From positions 1,773-65,772 of the forward strand of contig JAVLCJ010000003.1 of the NCBI GenBank assembly GCA_031580875.1: DNA of 64,000 nucleotides, written 5' to 3'. Under the pieces are notes generated by a model. It saw only the letters and a list, made by a program, of their open reading frames with translations. It searched no databases and had not been told where the DNA came from. A program made the translations under genes and the position numbers. The stretch is from Roseovarius sp. GTDB taxonomy: Bacteria; Pseudomonadota; Alphaproteobacteria; Rhodobacterales; Rhodobacteraceae. Positions 1 to 8,009 of this stretch are shown here, piece by piece (the stretch's first letter is position 1; every line of letters starts with the position of its first letter).

Positions 1-92
1 CCACCAATTGCCGACGGTTCAGCCAGTCACGTTCCGGCGTGACGTCACTTTCCTTGAGGTCGCTCTTCCATCGAAAGGCCATTGTCGAGGTC
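1..92 (-). CDS. msrP: Protein-methionine-sulfoxide reductase catalytic subunit MsrP/YedY, N-terminal fragment; the gene runs off the left edge
   Basis: Reverse-strand ATG at 90-92. My translation is MAFRWKSDLKESDVTPERDWLNRRQLV. The LKESDVTPE...RRQ stretch resembles the conserved MsrP N-terminus ahead of its Tat signal. Only 30 codons are visible. Confidence 0.45.
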
Positions 93-157
93 CACCATAC
101 GTAATGCGATTGACTGGAACATAGTTTTCCCGCGATCCGAGGCCAAAGCAATGCGCT

Positions 158-1651
158 TCACGAAGCCGTGGGCGCGTTGTAACTCGGCCGGATCTTGTTG
201 AACGGCACGCTTGTGCCGTCGGCCTGCACGATACGCACGTGCCGCCGCCGCATCAGGCGCGGTTCGCCCACGCCGACGGAATGAGCGATGGTTTCGACCT
301 CCCCGATGACCGAGCGGGCGTAATTCGCCACTTTCTCGTACTTGTCCTCGACGACAAGCCCGGCCTGCAGACGCGGGTCATGGGTGGTGATGCCCGTCGG
401 GCAGGTGTTGCGGTTGCACTTCAAGGCCTGGATGCACCCCAGCGAGAACATGAAGCCCCGCGCGGAGGTGACGAAATCGGCCCCGGCACAGATCGCCCAC
501 GCCACGTCACCCGGATTGACCAGCTTGCCGCTGGCAATGACGCGGATCCGGTCCTTCAGCCCGTACCGGTCGCGCATGTCCACCATCCGCGGCAGCGCCT
601 CGCGCAGGGGCATGCCCACCAGGTCCATCAGCGGCATGGGCGCGGCACCGGTGCCGCCGTCGCCACCGTCTATCGTGATGAAGTCGGGGGCGGCCTGCTC
701 GCCACGCTCGTTGATCAGCTCGAAGAAGGCCGCCCATGCATCGGACGAGCCGATCACCGTCTTGAGACCGACGGGCTTGCCCGTGACCTCCCGGATATGC
801 CCGATGAAATCCAGCAGCTCGCCGTAATCGTTCACCTCGCGATGGCGGTTGGGCGAGATGCTGTCCTGCCCGATCTCGATACCGCGGATCCGGGAGACCT
901 CGGCATCCACTTTCGCACCGGGCAGGATGCCGCCCTTGCCGGGCTTGGCGCCCTGCGCAAGCTTCAGTTCGAACATCTTCACATGCGGGTTGGCCGCCAC
1001 CTCGCGCAGCTTGGCGTCATCCAGGTTGCCCGCCGCGTCGCGTACCCCGTATTTCGCCGTGCCGATCTGGTAGACGATGTCGCAGCCGCCCGTCAGGTGA
1101 TGCGGGCTCAGCCCGCCTTCGCCGGTATTCAGCCAGATCCCCGCCTTGGCAGCCCCCCGGCTGAGCGCCTCGACCGCCGGGCGCGAAATCGCGCCATAGC
1201 TCATGCCCGAGACGTTGAAGATGGATTTCGCCTTGTAGGGAATCGCGGCACGGGGGCCGATCTCCATCGGCGCGGTCACGCTGAACTGGTCGTCCAGCGG
1301 CGGAAACGCTGCCGGCACGAAGATCGGCGTGCCCGGCACCCCGAGGTTTCGCGTCGAGCCGAAGGCGATCGTGTTGCCCTTGCCGCGCGTGGCGTGTTTC
1401 ACCCAGTCGCGCTGTGCGCGGTTGAACGGCATCTCCTCGCGGTCCATGGCAAAGAAGTACTGGCGGAAGAACTCGCCCAGCTTGGTGAACAGGCCTCGGA
1501 AACGCCCGATCACCGGGTAATTGCGCCGGATGGCATCGCCGGTCTGCGTCTTGTCCAGCACGTAGAACAACATGGCGACGAAAACCGCGCCGCCCAGCAC
1601 CAGCACGAAAAGCAGCGCCAGCACCTGCAGCGCATTCATCGCGAATTCCAT
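158..1651 (-). CDS. FMN-binding glutamate synthase family protein (GltB FMN-domain homologue) with an N-terminal transmembrane helix
   Basis: 497 aa ORF. Hydrophobic N-terminus (ALQVLALLFVLVLGGAVFVAMLFYVL). Has FITIDGGDGGTGAAP and CIQALKCNRNTCPTGITTHD motifs typical of the GltS FMN/Fe-S domain. GAGGGAGAA Shine-Dalgarno lies 7 nt upstream of the ATG at 1651. Confidence 0.85.
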   Translation of the reverse strand: MEFAMNALQVLALLFVLVLGGAVFVAMLFYVLDKTQTGDAIRRNYPVIGRFRGLFTKLGEFFRQYFFAMDREEMPFNRAQRDWVKHATRGKGNTIAFGSTRNLGVPGTPIFVPAAFPPLDDQFSVTAPMEIGPRAAIPYKAKSIFNVSGMSYGAISRPAVEALSRGAAKAGIWLNTGEGGLSPHHLTGGCDIVYQIGTAKYGVRDAAGNLDDAKLREVAANPHVKMFELKLAQGAKPGKGGILPGAKVDAEVSRIRGIEIGQDSISPNRHREVNDYGELLDFIGHIREVTGKPVGLKTVIGSSDAWAAFFELINERGEQAAPDFITIDGGDGGTGAAPMPLMDLVGMPLREALPRMVDMRDRYGLKDRIRVIASGKLVNPGDVAWAICAGADFVTSARGFMFSLGCIQALKCNRNTCPTGITTHDPRLQAGLVVEDKYEKVANYARSVIGEVETIAHSVGVGEPRLMRRRHVRIVQADGTSVPFNKIRPSYNAPTAS

Positions 1652-1686
1652 GCGTTGTTCTCCCTCTTCTTCTTGGGCATCCCGCC

Positions 1687-3300
1687 CTAAAGCTTGTGAA
1701 CCACCGCCACCTGATCCTTGCGCCCCTTCTGGTAGAAGGCCGGCACCAGCATGCAGCCCGCGATCGCGGGGATCAACGCGTCGAACTCCGCCGCCACGCC
1801 CGGATCGGAATGGGCAAACCGGCGCGTATCCAGATAGCTCCGGAAAAGGTCCGCCGTCTTGGTGATGCCAGCCTGCTCGTAGGTCTTGGGCTGCCAGCGC
1901 AGATCCTCGATCACGTACAGCCCGCCGGACGGCATTTTGGGAAACACCTCCAGAAACGCGTTCTGCTGATGGTGGCTGGCGTGGCTCGCATCATCCACCA
2001 CGATCATCGGCGCGGGGTCGATCCCGGCAACCGCGCGGGCGATCTGGCTGCGGTCGCCCATGTCGCAGCGGTGAAAGGTGAAACGCTCATGCTCGAACCA
2101 GGAGAAGTCCGACACATCGAGCCCGTGAACCCGTGCCTTCGGAAAATAGTCCAGCCACATCCGCACCGAGGGCAGATCCGCCGTCGGCCGGTCCGCGCTT
2201 TCACCATGTTCGGGCCCGCCGATCAGCAGGCCCATCTCGAGAAATCCGATGCGGCGGCGCCGGAACGGGTTGAACAGCATGTGGTAAAGTTCGGTATAGC
2301 GATGCTTGGCCGACCCCTTGTCGGAGCCGTACCGGTCGGCGAGCGCTGTCAGCGGGTTCGCCACCGGCGTCGGCGCGGATGCAGCGACGGGCGATGCCTG
2401 CGCCGCGACCGCCGCGCCGGTCTCTTCCACCATTGCCGCCGCCCGGCGTTTCTTGGCCGGTGCGGGCAGTGGCGCGGGCTTGTCGATGACCGGCTCGGGC
2501 GCCATCCCGTGCTGGCGCAGCAGCGCGTCCAGGTAGCTGCCCGGTTCCGGCACGCCCCCGTGATTGCCGATGAAGCGCTTGATCCGCCGTCCGTAGAAAT
2601 GGATCGAGACGGTCTCGGGGCGGACCTGCGCGGCGATCTTGTCATGTCCGGCGGCGCGCACCAGCTTGCGCCGGTCGCCGAATCCCACCGGGTAGAGCAC
2701 CTCGCGCGGCAGGGCATGGCGCGCTTCGCCGGTCTTGTGAAGGTAATGCGTCAGGGCGTGCGGCCCCCAGACGCCCCAATCCATCTCGCTCACATGCATT
2801 GGCGTTCCCGCATCGCGGAGCCGCGCGAGCGCGTCACGCTCCTCGGGCCGGAACCATTCGGGAATGCCGTATTCGTCGCGCGTCATTTCCAGCAGCGCGC
2901 CCAACGCCTCGCTGTCGCGCGGCAGGCCGAGAACCCCGCCATTGATGTGGCGGGGGCTTTCCCAGCCGAAGAAATGCCCCGTGTCGCTATGGAAGGGCCG
3001 GCGGCAATAGGCATCCAGATCCGCCCAGATCACCCGGTCCCGCTTTGCCAGCAGGTGATACCGGAAAACGTCGGAGAAAAGCGCGAAGCTGCCCGTGCGG
3101 CCGTGGCGGATGAACCGGTCGATCTGCAGGATCTCGTTGCCGTGTACGCATTCGACACCGTCGGGCACGTTGGACACTTCGCCGTAGTGGTACAGTTTCA
3201 CCGCGTGTCCCGCATCGACGAAGGATTTCGCGCACAAACCCTCGATATAGCTCAGCGGCCCCTCCACCCAGAGCATCCCGATCTCGTACTCGCGACTCAT
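1687..3300 (-). CDS. Two-domain protein: N-terminal DXD-motif glycosyltransferase (GT32 / Gly_transf_sug-like) and C-terminal class I SAM-dependent methyltransferase-like domain
   Basis: ALFSDVFRYHLLAKRDRVIWADLDAY matches the sugar-binding DXD region. An Ala/Pro-rich linker follows. The C-terminal half has YGSDKGSAKHRYTELY...GFLEMGL...VVDDASH...LYVIEDL, typical of Methyltransf-like folds. Start taken at the ATG at 3300, preceded by AAAGGAGA; the track start at 3315 is a GTG. Confidence 0.6.
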   Translation of the reverse strand: MSREYEIGMLWVEGPLSYIEGLCAKSFVDAGHAVKLYHYGEVSNVPDGVECVHGNEILQIDRFIRHGRTGSFALFSDVFRYHLLAKRDRVIWADLDAYCRRPFHSDTGHFFGWESPRHINGGVLGLPRDSEALGALLEMTRDEYGIPEWFRPEERDALARLRDAGTPMHVSEMDWGVWGPHALTHYLHKTGEARHALPREVLYPVGFGDRRKLVRAAGHDKIAAQVRPETVSIHFYGRRIKRFIGNHGGVPEPGSYLDALLRQHGMAPEPVIDKPAPLPAPAKKRRAAAMVEETGAAVAAQASPVAASAPTPVANPLTALADRYGSDKGSAKHRYTELYHMLFNPFRRRRIGFLEMGLLIGGPEHGESADRPTADLPSVRMWLDYFPKARVHGLDVSDFSWFEHERFTFHRCDMGDRSQIARAVAGIDPAPMIVVDDASHASHHQQNAFLEVFPKMPSGGLYVIEDLRWQPKTYEQAGITKTADLFRSYLDTRRFAHSDPGVAAEFDALIPAIAGCMLVPAFYQKGRKDQVAVVHKL

Positions 3301-3335
3301 GTTGTCTCCTTTCACCCCGACCTGCCGGCCCGCCC

Positions 3336-4874
3336 CTACCGGAACTCGCTGTCATACCGCGCGTGGTTTTCAGGGTTTTTCTTGAATTTCTGTGTCCTGT
3401 CGACCGCGTTGAGCGCGGGCCACGCCTGCTCGACCAGCATGACGTTCAGCTTGTTGGCACGCCGGGTCTCCGGCGGCAGCGCCAACGCGGTGCGGATCAA
3501 TCCGCGGTCCGCGAACGGGTTCATGTAGAATTGCGGCCCCATCGCCGTGAGATGCCCACCCAACGTGTTGGGCAACAACTGCTCGGTGAATTGAAAATCA
3601 TGAATCCTGTTGCAGGCGTTCCGCGGCAGCGTATCGGCCCACATCATGTAGTCGGGGCCCCATATCGCCGCCTGCGTCGCATCGACCGTTTGCGCCACCC
3701 GCAGGCGTTCCAGCCCCTGCGCCAGCGAAAACTCCCGTTGCCCCGGGCGGTACTGGTTGGCGCGCAGGATCTCCATGACGTTCCCGCGCAACAGCAGGTC
3801 GGCGTCGGGCGCAAGTTGCTCGGCCACCAGCGTGCGCGCGTCCCGCCCCCTCGTCTGATATCCCGAGGCGATTTCCCGGTCCCGCTGAACCCGCTCGATC
3901 CGGGCCGTGTCGAACAGCGGCTTGTGGCGCGCCGCATGCGTGTCGATGATCTCGACCGGCAGCCCGGCGAGATCACCCAGTTGCCGGGCGATCATGAAGT
4001 CGAAACCGCTCATCTTGTTGACGTGATGCGTGAACAGCCGCGTGCCGCGCAACTGCTCCGGCGGCGCACAGGCCAGAAGGTTGCGCGAATCGTTGCCGCC
4101 CGTGACCGGCAGCGCGCAGCGGTAATTGCCCAGCAATGCCGCCATGATCGCGCGCAACCGCTCGACAATGGCCGCGCAGCTATCCGCCAGCGCGGTGGCG
4201 TCACGCTCGAAACCCTCGTCGCCGCGCGGGTAATGCCGCACGAGGCAGAAATTGCGCAGGTCGAGATAATGATTGTTGATCATCCGCTTCACGTGGCGGT
4301 CCGCGGTATGCTGGAAGGCGTAGTTTTGCGCGCCGCTCAGCACCGCGTCAGGGTCCACCCGCCGGTTGCGGACCAGCGGTCGATGCAGGCCCGGCAGCAA
4401 CGACGACGCCACGACACGCGCCACCGGGTCGTAAACCGCCGACAGGTCGCAGACCGGGTCCATGTAGACGCGCTGCCGCGCCCCGTCCGACAGGATCACG
4501 ACGTAGCGCCCGGCGATCCCCTCGATCACCCGCTCGGCGGCCTCCCAGAAACCGGCCTGCCCCGCGACCCCCGGCACGACCGGGTCCGCGGCGAAAAGCC
4601 CGCCCCGCGCATCCACCCCGATCCCGAGGAACAGCCCCGCCTCGGCGCCCGCCCCGTCGCGGATCCGGCAGACCGGCAGGTCGGGGCAATGGCACAGGTG
4701 CCAGCCGTCCAGCACGGCCTCCCGCCATCCCTCCGGGCAACATCCCGCCGCGCGGGTCAGGAAATACTGCCGGCGGAACAGCGTGGCGAAATCGCGGCCC
4801 TCGGCCCGGCAGACCGCGAGCGCCTGCACCTCGTCGCGTCTTTCCGCGCGCGCAGCCATGCCGTCAGCCGCCAT
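3336..4874 (-). CDS. Hypothetical protein with asparagine-synthase-like PP-loop (ATP pyrophosphatase) signature
   Basis: 512 aa ORF, co-directional with and overlapping its neighbours. LPVTGGNDSRNLLA resembles the SGGxDS PP-loop. There is no N-terminal Cys nucleophile. The start is ambiguous: ATG at 4874 or at 4859. Confidence 0.45.
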   Translation of the reverse strand: MAADGMAARAERRDEVQALAVCRAEGRDFATLFRRQYFLTRAAGCCPEGWREAVLDGWHLCHCPDLPVCRIRDGAGAEAGLFLGIGVDARGGLFAADPVVPGVAGQAGFWEAAERVIEGIAGRYVVILSDGARQRVYMDPVCDLSAVYDPVARVVASSLLPGLHRPLVRNRRVDPDAVLSGAQNYAFQHTADRHVKRMINNHYLDLRNFCLVRHYPRGDEGFERDATALADSCAAIVERLRAIMAALLGNYRCALPVTGGNDSRNLLACAPPEQLRGTRLFTHHVNKMSGFDFMIARQLGDLAGLPVEIIDTHAARHKPLFDTARIERVQRDREIASGYQTRGRDARTLVAEQLAPDADLLLRGNVMEILRANQYRPGQREFSLAQGLERLRVAQTVDATQAAIWGPDYMMWADTLPRNACNRIHDFQFTEQLLPNTLGGHLTAMGPQFYMNPFADRGLIRTALALPPETRRANKLNVMLVEQAWPALNAVDRTQKFKKNPENHARYDSEFR

Positions 4875-5802
4875 CGGGCGTCACCATGATGATGTCGGGG
4901 TTCGCGGCGATCTCGGCCACGTCCCTTTCGTAGATCCGCGTCAGGTGCGCCCGTTCCTGCGCCGTCCACGGGTCGTAACCGCCATGCTCGGGACCGCGGG
5001 GGTATTTTTCCTGCAGGGCCACGCGCTCGGCCAGCGCCTGGTCGGCCCCGACGCGGTGGATCATCTGCAACAGCTCCGCCACGGCCCGGCCGCTGGCGGT
5101 GGGCCGCTTGTTGCGGTCCTTCGGCTCCTTCAGCGCGTCGGCGTCGATGCCAGGCCCGCACAGCCCGGCCAGCACGCGCCGGTCCATCCGCCGGAAATCC
5201 TCGTAGCGCCAGACATGCACCGCGGCGTTCGGAAAGAAGGTAACGACGGATTTCAGGATATTGTGCCAACTCGGCATGTTCTCCATGACCTGCCGGCGCA
5301 TCCTCCACTCGTCCACGAACCACTGGCCGCGGACCGACCGCAGGTACTCGACATAGGCCGAGGCGAAGAAATCGGCATAGTTGCGGATGCCAAGGTGTAC
5401 CTCTGCCACCTCGTGCGGGAACTGCGCGGCGAAAACCTCGATCAGCTTGCGCCGCCAGCGGTAAAGCACGCCGCGCTTCACGCAATGCCCGCAATGACCG
5501 GCCATGTTCTCGTCCGACAGGATGATGCGCTGCGCCCCCGTTTCCAGCAACTCGCCGAAGAAGACCGCCGTCATCTCGTGCAACTCCGCGTCGGAAATCT
5601 TGGGGTCCCAGTCCATGCCGACCGCGTTGTAGACGTTGCACTGCACCGGCACCGTCAGCCGCTTGCGGGTGTCGCGGTGATGCACGTAATGCACGCCGGC
5701 CCGCGCCAGCGTCTTGGAATTGCGCGCCAGCATGGACTGGACATGACTGGTGGCCGTCTTGTGGAAGCCACCATGCAGGATGAAACGCGGTGGCCCGGTC
5801 AT
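4864..5802 (-). CDS. Hypothetical P-loop protein, sulfotransferase-like
   Basis: 312 aa. The N-terminal FILHGGFHKTATSHVQSML resembles the 5'-phosphosulfate-binding loop (PKxGTT type) of bacterial sulfotransferase-family proteins. ATGA start/stop overlap with the upstream gene at 5799-5802. Confidence 0.4.
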   Translation of the reverse strand: MTGPPRFILHGGFHKTATSHVQSMLARNSKTLARAGVHYVHHRDTRKRLTVPVQCNVYNAVGMDWDPKISDAELHEMTAVFFGELLETGAQRIILSDENMAGHCGHCVKRGVLYRWRRKLIEVFAAQFPHEVAEVHLGIRNYADFFASAYVEYLRSVRGQWFVDEWRMRRQVMENMPSWHNILKSVVTFFPNAAVHVWRYEDFRRMDRRVLAGLCGPGIDADALKEPKDRNKRPTASGRAVAELLQMIHRVGADQALAERVALQEKYPRGPEHGGYDPWTAQERAHLTRIYERDVAEIAANPDIIMVTPDGG

Positions 5803-7781
5803 TCTGCCGCAAGGTCCTGAAGCAGGCGGTCACGGTTCACCGGCATCTCGCCGGGACGGTTGATCTGCTGCAACAGGTCATGCAGCGCCGACCAGTCCTC
5901 CCGCGCCTTCAGGCTCTTGATCCGCGCCCGGTGCCAGTCGCAGGCGGCCGCGTGCAGCCGGGCCAGTTCCGGGTCCGCCAGCAGCCCGTCCAGTTCGCGC
6001 TGCATGGCCGCGACCATGGGGAGCAGGCTGCGATCCTCGGCCATGTTCAGGTTCATGTCCGCCCAGTAGGCGACGCCCTGATCGCGGTCGACATGGTTGG
6101 TCCGCCCCCGATCACGCTTGACAAGGAAACTGTCCACCGACCGCACGGCATAATGGTGCAGCCGGGCGTGATCGTGGCTGAATTTCGGATAGGCCGACCA
6201 CCCCGCCTCGAAATACTTCCCGGGCATGTCCCGGCCGCCCGCGTCGCGCCAGACGAACCCGTCGGGTCGGCCGTCGAACTTGGGGCGGTGCACGCCGATT
6301 TTCACGATCGCCTCCGACGGGCGGAACAGCGTCTTCAGGCCGCGCGCGCGGTATTTCTCGGTGTAATCTTCCGGGGCGGCCCAGACGAATTGCTCGATCA
6401 CCGGGCGGTCCGCGTACTCGGCCACGCCGCCGCAGCCGAAAATCTTCCAGCACAGCGAAATCGCGTCGGCCTCGCCGACCGCGGCAAACAGGTCGTCCAG
6501 CCGCCCCTGGCCCGTGCGTATCTTCAGGAACTCGTCACAATCCGCGCAGATGATCCAGTCCGCCTCTTGGTAGACGGGTTCTTTGAGCGCGCGGCGCAAC
6601 GCCACCCGCTGCGGGCTCGCCCCCGTCTTGAACCTGTTGTCCACGTGCCGGGCCAGCCCCAGTTCTTCCAGCCGCGCGCCGATCCGGTCGGTCCCGTCGT
6701 CGCAATTGTTGGTATAGATCAGGAAATCGGTGAACCCGATGGCGCGGTTGTAGGCCACCCATTCCAGCATGAACGGGCCTTCGTTCTTCATCGTCGTCAC
6801 GATGGCGCGCCGCGCATTGCCCCGGCGCGCCTGCAGCACCGCCGGGGCGGTCTTTTCCGGCACCGCCGCCGCGGGCTGCGGAGGGCCGCCTGCCGCGGGC
6901 GCCTCGCGCCGCTCGCGCAACCGCGTCCGGAAAGCCCGCGTCGCGCGCGCCGCCATCTCGTCACGGCCCTGTTCCTGGAAATGGGCCACCAGCGCGCCGC
7001 GGAACCATCGCAGGTCGCGCCGCGCGCGATAGAGGCGATAAAATTCCGCCGCCGTCAGCTCGTCGAAGATCGCGCGCTCCATCACCGGCTTCAGCGCCCC
7101 GATCTTGCGCAGGAAAACGGCCGTCTTGTGGTTGGAATAGCGGCAGTTGAACACCCGGATATTGTCGCCCGAGAACCGCGCCACGTGCTGGCGGTCAAGG
7201 GCATGATAGGGATCGTAGAAGATGTTGACCCGGCCGAGGCCCCCGGTCAGCGCCGCCGCGTCCGACAAGGGCAGCGTCCAGTCCTGCCGCCGCCCGTTCT
7301 CGTACCGGCTTTCCCACGGCACGATGTCCGGGTCCAGCGTACTCTGCGGGTTGACCGACACGACATGCGCCCCCGGCACGAGCGAGGCAAAGGCGATGGC
7401 GGCGAACCCGCCCATCGAGACACCGGCCATCACCACCCGGTCGTAGCCGTCGAAGAACCCGTCGTCGGCCAGCTTGCGCATCCGGTCGATGAGGTCGGGG
7501 TCGCGGTACCAGTCGCTCACGTGCGCCATCACGCCCAGATGCGCGATGTTGCAATCCTGCGCGAACTTGAACCCCCACGGTTCCCGCGTCATGGACGCGT
7601 CACCGACGTTCGACAGGTTGTCAAAGGTGACGAGAAGCCGTTTCACCGGCCTTTCGACGAAAAGCAGGCTGTGCCGCAGGCGCTTTTCAAGGAAGCCCGC
7701 GCCCTCCGTGCCCGGGCGCAATTCCTCCAGCCACCGCGGCAGCGCCTCGCCGTTCCCGGTTGCCGTGTCCTGCTCTGCCAT
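5799..7781 (-). CDS. Two-domain protein: N-terminal alpha/beta-hydrolase-like domain and C-terminal family-2-type glycosyltransferase (Glyco_tranf_2_4-like)
   Basis: GVSMGG nucleophile-elbow motif in the N-terminal half. The C-terminal half has TTMKNEGPFMLEWVAYNRAIGFTDFLIYTNNCDDGTD...CADCDEFL. The track start at 7838 is a TTG; the first ATG (MAEQDT) is at 7781. Confidence 0.6.
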   Translation of the reverse strand: MAEQDTATGNGEALPRWLEELRPGTEGAGFLEKRLRHSLLFVERPVKRLLVTFDNLSNVGDASMTREPWGFKFAQDCNIAHLGVMAHVSDWYRDPDLIDRMRKLADDGFFDGYDRVVMAGVSMGGFAAIAFASLVPGAHVVSVNPQSTLDPDIVPWESRYENGRRQDWTLPLSDAAALTGGLGRVNIFYDPYHALDRQHVARFSGDNIRVFNCRYSNHKTAVFLRKIGALKPVMERAIFDELTAAEFYRLYRARRDLRWFRGALVAHFQEQGRDEMAARATRAFRTRLRERREAPAAGGPPQPAAAVPEKTAPAVLQARRGNARRAIVTTMKNEGPFMLEWVAYNRAIGFTDFLIYTNNCDDGTDRIGARLEELGLARHVDNRFKTGASPQRVALRRALKEPVYQEADWIICADCDEFLKIRTGQGRLDDLFAAVGEADAISLCWKIFGCGGVAEYADRPVIEQFVWAAPEDYTEKYRARGLKTLFRPSEAIVKIGVHRPKFDGRPDGFVWRDAGGRDMPGKYFEAGWSAYPKFSHDHARLHHYAVRSVDSFLVKRDRGRTNHVDRDQGVAYWADMNLNMAEDRSLLPMVAAMQRELDGLLADPELARLHAAACDWHRARIKSLKAREDWSALHDLLQQINRPGEMPVNRDRLLQDLAAE

Positions 7782-7952
7782 CACTCGAACTTTTCTTGTC
7801 ACCCGGCGCACCGCCGCCGGAACCCGTTTTGGCGCCAAGCATACTCCCGCCGGGGCTGCCCGCGCAACAGCCGCGTTTAATTGTTCGCATCATGCCCGGC
7901 CTGTCGGCCCGGCAACGGCGCAACGGGCACGGATAGGATCGCGCAAGACAGG

Positions 7953-7986
7953 CGAAAGCCCCCGCCGGGCAGGGCCGGCGGGGGCT
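7953..7986 (-). terminator. Hairpin terminator downstream of clpB
   Basis: 12 bp perfect stem, AGCCCCCGCCGG (7957-7968) pairing with CCGGCGGGGGCT (7975-7986), with a 6 nt loop. It sits 24 nt after the clpB stop. The trailing U-tract on the minus strand is weak (TTCGCCTGTCTT). Confidence 0.5.
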
Positions 7987-8009
7987 GGATCATGTCACGG
8001 GACCAAAGG

